A stretch of 64,000 nucleotides of DNA from NCBI RefSeq assembly GCF_964194025.1, contig NC_134476.1, positions 29,512,001 through 29,576,000 on the forward strand, written 5' to 3'. Below, one piece after another: positions 1 through 12,384 of this stretch; the stretch's first letter is position 1, and every line of letters starts with the position of its first letter. Origin of the DNA: Convolutriloba macropyga (lineage: Eukaryota). Both the position numbers and the translations under genes were made by a program. Below the pieces are notes generated by a model. It saw nothing but the letters and a program-made list of their open reading frames with translations. It did no database searches and was not told where the DNA came from.

Positions 1-538
1 TCTGTATCTTTATTTCCCGTTATCCATTTGACTACCTTTTTTGAAACTTTTCCAGAATTTGAATTTCAGTTCTTCCTTCAGTCAAGCACGTGAAACCATA
101 CAGCAATACCGGCAGAATTAAGGACTTATATAATCCCAATTTCACAAACGTGTTTGCTTTAGTTGCAACATTTCGCTTAAGCATTTACAGAACTTTATTT
201 GCTTTCTTCTTTCTCTCTTCAATATGTTGTTTCCACGATACATCAGCCGCCACGTGAATACCAAGATCTTTGACAGTCGTGGATTTCGCCAAATCTTTTC
301 CCATCAATTTGTACTGTTGGTCTCTACCTCCGAAATTCAGATACGCACAGTTGTCTATTGCCAGCTCCATTTTGGATTATCCAGTTCTCAATCCCATGTA
401 GATCATCTTGGACTTCCCAGTAGCTTCTTTGTACAGCCAAAATTTTAAGATCATCAGCGAAGATAAAGGGCTCAGAAAACATCAGGACATCTGGAAGATC
501 GTTAATAAATATACAGAACAGTGTAGGGCCTAGGAGTT
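1..538 (-). mobile_element. Non-LTR retrotransposon (CR1/L2-like LINE) reverse transcriptase fragment, degenerate, runs off window edge
   Basis: Minus-strand translation LLGPTLFCIFINDLPDVL..FIFADDLKIL..VKDLGIHV..SWKQHI..KANKVL..LYKSLILPVLLYG contains the LINE RT motifs (LGP.LF..FINDL, FADD, KDLGI) with a frameshift and a stop. Confidence 0.85.
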
Positions 539-679
539 GACCCCCCTCCCCCCTCTGTTGCCACCCCCATCAGCCACACGGTGCACCACCGCCCCCCACC
601 CACTGCTGCGCTCATCTTACGCCCCTTCAATCTAAATCTATCCTCACTAAACGGTGGCTGGCTAAACGGTGGCTGGCAC

Positions 680-1200
680 GCTGTTCATCGTCCAAAAGGC
701 GTATATACGCATATTAGACAATGGCATTCCTGACTTTTGCCAACCTGCTCAAAGAACTTGGCGATATCGAACTAGAGCCCTATCTTCAGACTTCGCAAGT
801 TGGAACCTTTCCAAAAAAGTGCCACTACTGATGAAGACGTTCGAATAGATATCCAGGCTAATGGCTTGTTCGAATCACGATTCGGCAGATCGTTCTTGGG
901 CGTGAAAGTGTTTAAATGCCTATAAATGCCTGGAGACAATCAAGAAGCTGAAATACGAGCAAAAGATAGTTAAAACGGCCTTCTTCTAGTCGTTAATCTA
1001 CTGTACACGAGAAGCCGGTCCATCCGCATCAAAATCATACAGAGAATAGGTAACGGAATCGTTGATTTGAAAGAAGATTTGTATTTATTTGTGATCACTT
1101 ACATCAGGACATAAATAAACATCACCCTTTTGCGTAGCTCCATACACTGCCTCCTTAGCGCGCGCTCCATGCTTCGGCTCCCTGCTGCGGAAACGTCGAG
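680..1200 (+). mobile_element. Degenerate 3' (restriction-like endonuclease) region of a CRE-like non-LTR retrotransposon
   Basis: Pieces translate to TFANLLKEL.DIELEPYLQ, EDVRIDIQANGLFESRFGRSFLGVKV and ITLLRSSI, resembling the R.DI...G......DV REL region; many lesions. Confidence 0.5.
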
Positions 1201-1544
1201 CGGAACTATTATAGAGGAAGGGCGGCTGTTGTTCTAAGTCTCTATAAGTTTTAAAATTTTGATTCAAAATCATATTCTACTTATTGACTGCTATTTTTCA
1301 TATCTCTTGTTCATTATTCTGCTGTTTTTCTCTCCATCCCTCGCTTTTGATGCTTCTTTTTAACTACTGTCAGTATTTACAGTTTTATATAGGAGTTGAC
1401 TTACACTCCAGAGTCATCAATTTACCTTTGGTCTGTCTACTCATATTTCTATCAATAATGCCGAGACATTATACTTGACGTTGGCCAATTAGGTGGCGTG
1501 AGAGGTAAGTTCTGAGTTTTTAGCGATAATTTCTTTTTCAGAAA

Positions 1545-1662
1545 ATGGAGGAAAGCAACATTTCTCTTGAAGCGATGGATCAACAATTTGATGGAGGCGC
1601 ACCACCTACCGGCTATTATCCACCTACAGCAGCACCGAGCTTACATAGAGCACCGCTTCGAG
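1545..1662 (+). CDS. ARFIP: Arfaptin coding exon 1
   Basis: ttttcag acceptor at 1541, ATG 1545, G|gtattg phase-1 donor matching the next exon. Confidence 0.75.
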
Positions 1663-4600
1663 GTATTGCCAGTGTTCTAAAGCTGTATAGTTTTCCAGCT
1701 TTTTCCGTTTATGTGCTCAAATTTGCGCTTAAAGTAAACTGAAAACGAAAACGGGAACTTCTCGGAGAATGACAAAAACGAATGTAATTGGAGTCTTTAA
1801 TTTCGAACCTGTTTCAAAGCCACAAATCATAGTCTTCAGTTTATAGTCAGTCCCATAAAGTTGCAACGCCATCGAACGTTTCAAAGGTTAAAGTTCAAAT
1901 TAAAAACATACAGATATCTAGCAAAACCTATCCATTTGCAAGCCCGAACTTTTCGAACGTTCGCTTGCGTTGCAACTTAATGGGACTTACTATATCATAG
2001 CGTTATATGTTGAAAAGAAATGCAACTAACCACAAAGTTTACCAAATTTATTAAAAACGCTATATTTTTTTTGTCATTTTGCTCAACAATGTGCAACTGC
2101 TGTGCTGAGAAAGGAATTATGAAATGAAATCTTTTCTATCTTGAGTTGGCTTCGGTCTAATATATAGATTGATGGATCTTGAAAAGGGAATTGGAATAGT
2201 TGAATCCAGTTAAATTGGCTCAAAAATGAAAACATCAATTCATTGAATTTTGATTTTTTAACAATCAATTGATAGACAAGTGTTCTGCGCAGTTCTGAGT
2301 TACTAGCATGGAACTTCTTGTGAATAGTCATTTCTTTTTCGGCTCGAGTTTGAATGTTTACACGACCAGATTCAAAAATTCATGTTTAACGATCGTCCGT
2401 ATAGAAGTAACGTTTACTGACATCAATATCGTGAAAATTTTCTCTAACTTCGTTAAAGGACCTTCTTACATATTCGATCCATGTTTTTGCGATGTAAAGC
2501 AACTGTAACTGAGTTTGAGGACTTCAACTTAAGTTCTAGGATCACTGCAGTTTTTTCAGCACTTTTTCGAAACTCCAAGATGCCTGGGTATTATTCATGG
2601 TTTGGTTGAAATTGATCTAAAGCAATGCAAGGCTTGATTATCATTGAGCAGCTAGACCATATTGTGAAATTCCGAGAGGTGCAGGCCTCAAATTAAGGTA
2701 ATATTAGAGTTCTGGAACTGTTTTCAACATCCTCGGTCTAAGCTTTAGTTAGTGAATCCTAGTCAATGTTTTCTCAAATTTCCTCATTTTCAGTAATAAC
2801 TGAAGAGAAGCACTGCCAATGAGTGGCTTAGTCACATTGGCTTGCTCTCAGTGGCCTTGCGATTTTTCTCAAAAAATTTAACACTTGCAGCTAATTAACA
2901 ATAAGGGCAGTTTCAGTTGTAAGCTAAGCGTCAAAAGCGCCGTGTGCTGCTCCTGGTTGTTTATTTTGATAAGAACAGTATACACATTATAATGTGTTGA
3001 CTTTTGTACGAGTAGTATTAGTAGTTGAAGTCTAAGACTTTATTGCTTAATAAGGCAATCCATAACAACTTAAAAGTAACTTTTACAGTAACTTTCATCG
3101 CTAGTCCAGTCAGCAATTTTGTTAAACAGTGAGCTTAAATTTCGTTTAAAAGCTTGTACGTCGTCCAAGATATATCAGTCCTTTGCGTAAAGTTTGTTGC
3201 TGTAGTCCACAGATCTAACAAAAGTTGTTGATCTAACAAACGCTCGTCTTCTGCGTTTTCTTTATAGCAAACATGAGTTTTGCGAACATCGTACGGGCAT
3301 CGTATGGCGTTTCAACTCTAACAATCCCAGTTAGGAAAAGCACACGCTTTTGTTACCAGCTTGTTCTGCATAATCAGTTCTCTAAACTGAAAAAATCAGG
3401 AAATTGGGATCAAGCTTATTACAAGGCTTTTTATAATTTGCCACTTTCAACTCATTTCATACATCTGTTTTTAATAATTCTATTTCATCTTCTGTGGAAG
3501 GATGCCAGCCATACTTCACTTCCATAAAACAATGCGGAGAGTTCATAAAACTTGATCACAAACAATTTGTACTAAAGAGTGCAGTATATGGGATGTTGCG
3601 TTATAGATTGGTGAGCAAAGCAAAACAGTTCACTTCTTGTGAAATATGAAGTGTCCTACATTATCTCAAAACCTCAAATTATCTGAAATTTCAATATTTC
3701 AAATTATCTGAGATAAATATACCTAAATGTTACTTCTTGTAGAATTGTTGCCCCCTGAAGTAGCTCATAAAAACTGATCCAATGACAATGATTGCAAATT
3801 GATCTGATAATTCAGAACATATTTTCAGCACAGCTAGTTTATAGAAATCTGGTCAGTACTAAGTTTTTCTTATCTTATATCTTCAACTGCTGAGTGTTTT
3901 TGGGAGAAAAGTAAATGGTAACAGATGTTCACAAATCCATTCCAGCCAGCTATAAATCCAACGTGATTTTGCGGTTAGTGCTATAAAAGGGCTTATTTTT
4001 CCCTTGGATGGGTATATTGTGATCGGAATTTTTTTTGCAGATGCTTGATCAAATAGGTTCAACCCGCGCCTAACAAACTTAAAAAAGCAATATTCCTATA
4101 AATACGTTTCCCTTTTCTATATGAATATCGGTTCTAGATTTCACAGGACACTTGACGCCGTATCAGTCCTAATAAGTTGCTTAAAAATTGTCAAACTTCG
4201 AATATGTGGGAAGTGTGCAATTATTTTGTTTGATTCCAATTAATTGTTTCAGTATTGTCCCTTTCAATCAAAGAGAAAGAAAGAATTAATTTCTTCCTGC
4301 ATTAGTGAAAATTTTAAAGTTTAAACGAGCTCAGAAATTTTTAGAGGTTAACACAAAATTAGGTGGTCTACAATGATCTGCCCAGGATTCATGAAAAACA
4401 AAGCATCACATTAAAATTAAGGATCTTTTCCGTTTGTGCCCCCCCCCAGTACGTTATGCTCCCCCCAGTGACAGAGCACGTGTCATTACATAGTAAATCA
4501 TTATGTAAAAATATTGCACGTGCGTCTGGGGGTTGCAAATAATATGCACCCACTAAGCTGGGGGGGCACAAACGGAAAAGATCCAAAATTAATTTAGAAA

Positions 4601-7600
4601 ATGAAAAGTTAAATTGTAGTCGTAACAAACTTAAACATAAAGAAAACTCTGCTTTCTGTCGTCGATCAGGGGTTGCTACATGTTATCAGAAAAAATCCAT
4701 TTTTTGCGATAATTGTATTTTGAAATCGCAATCAAATCGAATCCCATCTTCAGTCTCTCGAAAGTGACACAACTTGACGGTCAACGCAACCACTAAAGAT
4801 GATGATAATGCTAGAGATGATGCGAGATCAAAGCCACGGGCCTATAGAAGAACTCCTTCATCAGAACGTTCGTTCGATGTTATGACCTTCACTCCATTGT
4901 CAAATTTTGTCTCAAAAGCTTAGCAGACGTATGCAATTACAACGAGTCTTAGAAAAATCCGAAAAGCGCATGATTGACCTAGAATTCAACACATTCAACC
5001 TTTTGGTCTCTGCATGAATCCGCAGCTCAGGACCTACAGCATTGAATGATCTCGAAGTGATCGACGCTAGTATCCGCGAAAATGGACAAGAATTCTTACG
5101 CATACGTCACATCTATTATGGAAACCAGGTTTGGCTTTGCTTTTCTGCGAATCTGTTTCTACTGCTTGGGAGGATGTCGTTAGCTTCAAAGAAACTTGTC
5201 ACCTCAGTTTCGTCCTCTACCATTGCTCACGAGGAGCAGCTGAACGGTTTTCTGCTCAGGTTTGAAATGCGATTTCAACCAAATTTTGTCTGCTTTATGT
5301 TCAACACTGGATTTTGAGCGTAAGAGTAATTCTCGCTCATTCTCCACGTTGGATAGATACTCGAGCATATTTTGATTGCTTCATGTTTGATTACTGCATA
5401 TTTTTGAAGATCCACTTGACAGGTCTGCATATTGTAGCATTGGTTTTTGTTAATTTAAAATATGAAAAAAGTCAAAAGCAACCGTAGTTGTCGTTAATTG
5501 GTCTTGCTCGAAGTAAAACCTCTTCCACGAAGTGAACGCGTTTTGTTCTCGATTTTTTCGTGCGCTTGAGGGATTTAATTTAAGAGTAATGATGGCTCTA
5601 CTGTTAGACATGTGAACAGACAACACCATTTTTATTAACTTCTCCCAATTTTTACTGAATAAGGGCCAAACTAGTCTAGTCAAAAGTTTGCATAAGCTGT
5701 TGAAGCAACAAGCCTTTCTGTTTGTTGCTCTGCTACCACTGGAGTCATTGCCTCCGCGCTGCCTCCTCGGCTTGTGATACATTTGTTCTTTATTGAACGC
5801 AAGGCATTTCTCACTTCATAAATCTGAGTGGTTGTCTAACGAAATCTCTATTGACAGACTACTACACCTGCCCCTGCTGCAACTTATTTTTTGTCCTAAA
5901 CTTAGTGTCTTATAGGACACTTAGGACAAAAAATTAGACTTTCACTTCAACCGCTATAAAATCAAACCGCTATAAATAGTTAGAGAACCCAGGGTACAAA
6001 TTTTTTTGGTCGCTAAAACTTGGAGGCACGTGCAGTTAGCAATTAGCACTTGCAAAAGTGGAATGCTAAGCTCTGCGGCCCTAGCTTAGCGGCCCGCTCG
6101 CAGCAAGGAAACATAATTTTTGGCGGTGAGGCCAAACCCACTAATACTTTAGACATTTCCCATCAAAACCTTTTGCAACGATTTCGATAGCGGTGAGGAT
6201 TTGGAGCAGAAAATGATTGAAATAGCTGAACAAACAGGAAAAAAAATTAGAAAAACTGAGGAAAACTTCTCGTTCAATAATTTGCAAAACTGTACTCTTA
6301 ATTTCAATTTTATTAAAGTTTAACCCCCTTCGTACCCTTTGGTTCTCTAAATAAGTTAGCTCATGAATCTTAGCCCCCCTCGGGGCCTGTGCCCAGAACT
6401 CGGACGCAAGCGCCCTCGTGTCAGGGTACTAAGTCCCTCGGTCCGCTAATATTCATGTGCTAACATAACTTGGCTGCTTCGCTATCAGAGGGAGAAGTTT
6501 GGTTTACTTCAACTCATGTACAGTTTTAAGAGAACTTTTCTTTCAGTAATCTGCAAAATTGTAATCTGCAAAATTGTACTAATCTTTCACTAATCTGCAA
6601 AATTGTACTCGCATGCAAGCGACCTCGTGTCAGGGTACTAAGTCCCTCGGGCCGCTAATATTCATGTGCTAACATAACTTGGCTGCTTCGCTATCAGAGG
6701 GAGAAGTTTGGTTTATTTCAACTCATGTACAGTTTTAAGAGAACTTTTCTTTCACTAATCTGCAGAATTGTTTTCTTAGCTTCAATTTCAAATGAAATTC
6801 CTTACTTCCGTACCCTTTGGTTTTCTAAATGCGTTAGAACAAAATCTTGGTCCCCTCGGGTCTCGTTCCCAGCACTCGGGCACAGGCGCCCTCGTGTCAG
6901 GGCACAAAGTCACTCGGGTGACTAAGATTTTGTTCTAACATGTTGTGTTTTTAGGGCCTGCTCATTTATAATTTTCTAATGTGTGATTATTTTCAGAAGT
7001 CAGGCCGCTCTCAGTCGACCAAGTGTTAGACCAGACAGAGGAAGATATGACGCCTGCGAGTGCCAGAAATAAACCAGTACGATCGGTTGAGGTACAACAA
7101 AAAATTGCCAACCTCAAAGTTTGGAGCATCAACACCTATAAATGCAGTAAACAGGCTAGTCACCTCAACTAATCAAAAGTCTTGTTATTCTTTTTTCGTT
7201 ACCCCACCCCACCCTGCTAGGTGCATCAATAGCCACCACAGAAGTTGTCTCACATAATGTGCTTGCTCTTTTGGCTGTACACTATTTGGTGGCTGCCATT
7301 AGGTTTAGAAGTCAATATCATGGTACTCTATATCGAACACAGTTTTTGCATTACCAACAACTTTTAATAAAAATTGTAATCTATTCGCAGAAATTTCTTT
7401 AGTGTGTAAAGCGAAACTGTTGTAGGTGTTGAACGAGAAGCTAGGTCGGACAACAAAGACGGTGGATCCAGATATGGAGAAAAAGATTGAGACACTGCTG
7501 GACACACAGTCCAAGTATAACAGAATACTCACGTTGGCGAAGTCACTCAACACACACATGTACAATCTCCTGCAGGCAAGAGAGTTACAACTTATTTATA

Positions 7601-10600
7601 TATGACCTCTGCCAATTAGCTTTGCGTTTTAACTTAGTAGAGCTTATTGACTATTTTCTGCCTGTTTAGGCGAATACCTATGCATTGCAAACATAGATGT
7701 GTCTTGTTGGCCATAGATTAGTGGACACTATAATGGAGCTATGGCAATATAAATTTGGTGGTTGGGGTATAATAGGAAAGTCCGAAAAGGGGCATGTTTC
7801 CTGGGTCAACGATATTAGGAGAATGTAGTTGACCGGAGTCTTGTTTAGACACAAAGATCGCTGGCCGAGCTCTTCTCTGAGCTCTCATTCAAACAACCAG
7901 GCCTGCAAACGTCCTTCACGACTAGTGCCAATACCCAAAAGTCCCTAATCAAGAACGGTGATAAACTCCTGAGTGCAATTCGATTCTTTATCGATTCCCT
8001 AGACACCCTTGTTAACAAAACTATCCAAGATACAGTTCTAACTGTCAAGCAGTATCAATCAGCCAGGGTTCAGTTCGATGCATACCGCAATGAAAACGAG
8101 CAACAAGCACTCCAAAGCCCAACAATGGGCTGTACTCCAAATGGTGCTGGCGTTTCGTCCCCAGCGACTGGGACAATTCCGAACTCGGCCTCGGATAATA
8201 ATTTGGAACAACATAAGTCGAGATTTGAGTTGCTGCATAGAGACGTTGACATAAAATTGAAGCTTCTGGATGAGAACAAAGTGAGAAATGTTCAAATGTT
8301 TTGTTGCTATCTTGCAGAGGTATTTCTCTGGAAGTATCATGACGTCTGGGTATCAATTCACGCTCAATTTTGTTACTGTAGTCATTAGTGAGATTTTCGC
8401 TCAGTAGGATTTTTGTGGTCGTCTAGATGAGAGCGTGTGATTATGGTTCTTTAGACTGTGGTCTCAACTTAGTTTGGGGTCTTGTTATTTGCATAATTTC
8501 CTCATTGGAATCTTAAATGCCATCATGTTTAATTGCCCTCAAACAAAGTTTAGCAATTATTAATTGCTCTCAAACGAAGTTTGTAGCAATTATATTAGTC
8601 ATGTCGGTTTTATGCAATTTTTCGCTTGATCGATCCCCCCCCCCCACCCAGATCAGCCCTCCCCTCACTTCACCCTATCCCGCAATCTCCACCCCTGTAT
8701 ATCGTTCTGACCATAAGGGCCACATGCAGCCAAAAACCGCCCCCACACCACTGTTGCCCCTTATGAGCCCCCCGGTGCACCCCCTCCCGCTGCGCTCACC
8801 TCACGCCCCTTCCATTAAACTAAAGCTAGCCTCACTATACCTTGGCTAGCTAGTGACAAAACCAACCGCTCGCCGGTCGTTTGAGAGCAATTCGCCCGAC
8901 GTTTGTCGCTTATGTTATTAGCCCTGTTGGTCTTTTTTGTGCGCTTTCTGCCTTGACCTATCTGACTATTATTTCGTCTGACTCATTTGACCTATCGTCC
9001 TCATTAAGTTCTCTTGGAGACTTTCAGCTCCCTAGTCTCCCAGATATGAGATTCACAGAAACTGTATTGGAGACGTATACTCATGTTGTGAAGGGCGGTT
9101 CTTGGAGTTAAACCCTCCCCACACCCCACACACACTTCACCCCTCTGTCACATCCGTCCCCCTTTCTTCATACCCCCAATCCCCACCCATGAACATTGTT
9201 GCCCCCCTCTGTTGTAGCAGTTCCATTAAATAGCTCTAAATTATCAAGGATAGTTGCAAGGGATAATGAAGGGTTGCAAAACTGCTGAAAAAGCGTTTTA
9301 AGGGCAAAATATTAAAAAAGCTCAAAATGGCTCCGAAAAAAAGTCTTATATTTTTGGTCAGATGATCAAAAACGTCACCAAAGGCACTAATACTGGTTTA
9401 CTTAGTTGGAAAAAAAACACCTTTGTTTATTAAAGTTGAGTTAAAACTACAAACAAACTGCTTTGAAAAGACCACACGTAATTGAAATCCGCTCGCTCAG
9501 CGAAAGCTCTTTCATACCTACTTTTCGCGCTCTCTCTCCCTCTCAGAATAATGAATGAAAGAAAACAACCCTAAAAACAACTAAATTTTTGACTTTTGTC
9601 CATCAGATGGACCTAAACACTTTTCTTAAGGTGAGCAATTTTACTGCCTCGAAAAAGCAGCCTCTAATATAGAAGCCACCGACTTAAAAATTTTATCGCT
9701 ATTACTCTTCTTCGAGTCGTATAAATTCGCTTCAAGGCTGGTGGTTTTTTGGCCGCATGTGGTAATTGTGCTTTGATTTTAATTATTTTAATATCCGAAA
9801 AACGATAGCACGGGGATGTTATTGGTCTTTTCTTGTTTTATACAATTCAAAGAGCGACGCTGTCAATTGTATTGGGAAGCTGTCGTTTTTTTAATAGCCG
9901 CGAAGCGATAGGGTCATTATTTTGGATATCGTGGTTTTTTTAAATTCGTCGTCTCCATCGATTATTCTTGCGACCATTGATTTTTTCAATTTCAGTGACT
10001 TGTACTGCTTTGCAGTTAAAATTGTGTGCGTGACGTCATTTGTTCTTTTAGGTCAATTGCGTGACTTACCTCCTTGAGAAAAAATGACTTCTGAACTCAC
10101 TTAAAGAACTTTGAATTTTATGAACATTTACTTGTTAAAGGTCAATAGTGTGCATCTAAGTAGTGCCAAACGTATGTGCCCTAATTCTTGAGTATAAGAG
10201 TCTTGATTTTTTTATTTAATTTTAATTTTAGTTCAAAATTTTAATTTTGAAAAGCTCTGAGGATTTTTTCTATTTAGAGCGTTTGTGTCTCATATAATGA
10301 CGGTCCGAATCTAACCCAAAAAGTCTAGTGGTCTATTAAAGGACTGGTGGTCAATCCGTCTATCTTATTTTTTTAGTTGTTTCAATTATACAGAAGGCCA
10401 CATGCATCTATAGCGGCTATTTTCTGGCAATCTGCGGGCTATGTTGATAACTGTTCACACATTTTCATGATTTTTGATGTTAAATTGAAGTGATGTTTTT
10501 GTCACGCCGAAACAGGAAGTGGAGCGAAAAAGCGAGTGATTTTGTGGCGTGAAATTGTTCACTGTGATTCTAAAAGGGAGTGGGGAAAGCGGTGTTTGAA

Positions 10601-12384
10601 CAAAAGTTTGCTTTCTCGATGTCGTTTTGTTCACATGCGGCAATTTGACTTGATTTTTGCTGTTTTTTCAACTTTGATGACCTTATTTTCTAAATTGTTT
10701 TCCCAATCCATTCATCTTTTCTTAGCCTAGTTTTTTGTTTAGTGAACGAAAATTCTTTTGAATTGCTATGTCTGCTATGTTTTTTATTTTTTCGTCGAGA
10801 TTTTTTTGAACAATATGACGTCACAATCACCTCGAACCTTACTTTTCAATTCGTTCATGCAATTTGACTTGAGCTGCGTGCGTGACGTCATTTTTCACTG
10901 TTTGTGGTAAGTTTTTTTTTGTTCATTCGGCTGATTAATTTTTTTTGTCACACGTGACTTTACCTCACTCTGAAGATTGAATTCCTCACTCTGAAATTGA
11001 CTTTAGTTGAAAGAGATAAAATCAAGGGAGTTTGTGTCCTTCTGATTGAAGTTTGTTTGAGAGCAGATAATAGAAGGAGCAATAAGTTAAACACAATTAG
11101 TTACATTGTTTATCAAAATATAATATCTCAGCATTTAATGAAAAGAAGTTTTTTTAGTCTGCTTCTTTTTATCTTTTTGAGACTACAGACCTACGAAGCT
11201 ATTGCGGCTATGTTCTGGCATCCTGTCAGCTTTATTTGATTTTCGTCACGGGGGATATATAACGGTGGATATTATCCGCCAATTTGCAGGCTGTTTTGCC
11301 ATTTTTCCGCATGCGTTATTGGCGCAATTCAGTGCTTCGTAATTCCAAATCTTATTGTACACAAGAGTTACTTAAATTCTTGTCTATTCCAAGTCTTAAA
11401 TGTGGCATAGTTATAGTTGCATATCTTGCTATCAGCTTCTTGTTATGTTTCGCAGTCTTGATGTTACTTATCTCTTTTAAAAAAAATAGGGATCAAAAAT
11501 TTGATTGGGGACATCTGCCTGCCTGGAGGTTGATGATTTAGCGAATTAAGTTGGTTATTGTTAGTGTTAAATTTAATTTTAATATAATTGAAAGCCATAA
11601 GCTATTTACCAGTCGCTTCTTTATGATACAGTTTTGCTATGGGTGTCTCTTGCATATGGTTATTAATTGCTCTCAAACGAAGTTTGTAGCAATTATATTA
11701 GTCCTGTTGGTCTTTTTTTTATGCGATTTTTCGCTTGACCGATTTTTCGTCTGACGCTTTTGACTTTTCGTCCTCAAAAACGGGATAAACAGGTAGCGCC
11801 CAGCGGGCATTAAGTACTCTTAGAGCCTTTCAGCTCTGTTTCAGCTCAAACTGTTTTGGAGACTTATACTTATACTTATGGTGTGAAGGGCGGTTCTGAG
11901 AGGTTGAGAACCCCCCCCCCGTTGACCCCCATCCCCACCGCGCTGTTGCCCCCCCCCCCCCAACCCAGTGTTGCCCCCATCAGCCCCCAGTGCACCCCCC
12001 CCCCCCCCGTTGACCCCCATCCCCACCGCGCTGTTGCCCCCCCCCCCCAACCCAGTGTTGCCCCCAGTGCACCCCCCCCCCGTGGCTAGCTACTGACGAA
12101 GCCTAACCGCTCGCCGGTCGTTTGAGAGCAATTCGCCCGACGTTAGTCGGTTATGTTTTGATTCTTTGGCTTAATCAAAAAGCCGATCCGTTTACAAAGT
12201 TTGATTATTTCGGATCATCTTGATTTTGTTCCAGCTGAAAGTGATGACAAGGCAACTCAGTCTGTTGGAAGCAGCGATGGCCTCATTCATGTCTGGGAAT
12301 GCAGAAGAACTAGACTCAGTCATAAAAGAATTTAAAGTCAAAGTTACAGAACCAGTACCGCCTTCGTTCCTGGAATTGCGCTGA
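1545..12384 (+). CDS. ARFIP: Arfaptin (AH/BAR-domain protein), about 335 aa; coding exons 1545-1662, 6997-7154, 7426-7575, 7849-8280, 12235-12384
   Basis: Joined exons keep phase and read WSINTYKCSKQ|VLNEKLGRTTKTVD..HMYNLLQ|TQRSLAELF..KNGDKLL..LVNKTIQDTVLTVKQYQSARVQFDAYR..DVDIKLKLLDENK|LKVMTRQL..PSFLE, colinear with arfaptin-2 ([48 protein letters not shown], PSWLE). Confidence 0.93.
1842..1994. mobile_element. MITE with about 28-bp imperfect terminal inverted repeats, TA-flanked (Tc1/mariner-like)
   Basis: tatagtcagtcccataaagttgcaacgc at the left vs gcgttgcaacttaatgggacttactata at the right. Confidence 0.7.
4880..5800 (-). mobile_element. BEL/Pao LTR retrotransposon relic (integrase fragment, possibly RNaseH fragment) in arfaptin intron
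   Basis: Minus strand 5590-5700 reads F*LD*FGPYSVKIGRS**KWCCLFTCLT, matching the BEL integrase GLDYFGP..VK.GR...KRW.CLFTC motif; multiple stops. Confidence 0.6.
6340..6940. repeat. Local tandem duplication (about 210-bp unit) inside a dispersed repeat; a related inverted copy lies near 60760-61060
   Basis: cctcgtgtcagggtactaagtccctcgg...gagaacttttctttc at about 6413 and 6623, partial at 6889; agagaaccaaagggtacgaa and tatagcggtttgatt at about 60807 and 60951 are reverse complements of sequence at 6330 and 5960. Confidence 0.75.
6997..7154 (+). CDS. ARFIP: Arfaptin coding exon 2
   Basis: tttcag acceptor; encodes ..QKIANLKVWSINTYKCSKQ; ends CAG|gctagt (GC donor). Confidence 0.88.
7426..7575 (+). 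CDS. ARFIP: Arfaptin coding exon 3
   Basis: ttgtag acceptor; VLNEKLGRTTKTVDPDMEKKIETL..HMYNLLQ; ends CAG|gcaaga (GC donor). Confidence 0.9.
7849..8280 (+). CDS. ARFIP: Arfaptin coding exon 4 (AH domain core)
   Basis: tttag acceptor, 144 open codons, AAA|gtgaga donor. Confidence 0.93.
8529..9210 (+). mobile_element. HINE/DINE-1-like family A: one copy (8560-8916) nested inside another
   Basis: Two successive 5' ends (taattgc[c/t]ctcaaac..agcaattat), a 3' end gtttgagagcaattcgcccgacgtttgtcgcttatgtt, then resumption of the outer copy (attagccctgttggtc). Confidence 0.7.
9891..10445 (+). mobile_element. HINE/DINE-1-like family B non-autonomous element
   Basis: 5' ttaatagccgcgaagcgatag; 3' subterminal inverted repeat gcggctatt followed by hairpin ctggcaatctgc.gg and atgtt; colinear with 41478-42021. 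Confidence 0.7.
11661..12158 (+). mobile_element. HINE/DINE-1-like family A element with internal C-rich minisatellite
   Basis: 5' subTIR aattgctctcaaacga, 3' subTIR tcgtttgagagcaatt, terminal hairpin ccgac-gtta-gtcgg, T-rich ends; duplicated C-rich unit at 11912-12082. Confidence 0.75.
12235..12384 (+). CDS. ARFIP: Arfaptin terminal coding exon
   Basis: ttccag acceptor; LKVMTRQLSLLEAAMASFMSGNAEELDSVIKEFKVK..PSFLELR*. Confidence 0.92.
   Translation: MKVMTRQLSLLEAAMASFMSGNAEELDSVIKEFKVKVTEPVPPSFLELR

Noticed and set aside
6340-6940. CRISPR-like repeat array
   Set aside because: Eukaryotic context; units are long duplications without unique spacers
11841-12089. Gly-rich and Pro-rich ORFs (also 8517-8849)
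   Set aside because: Translations of the C-rich minisatellite inside HINE-like repeats
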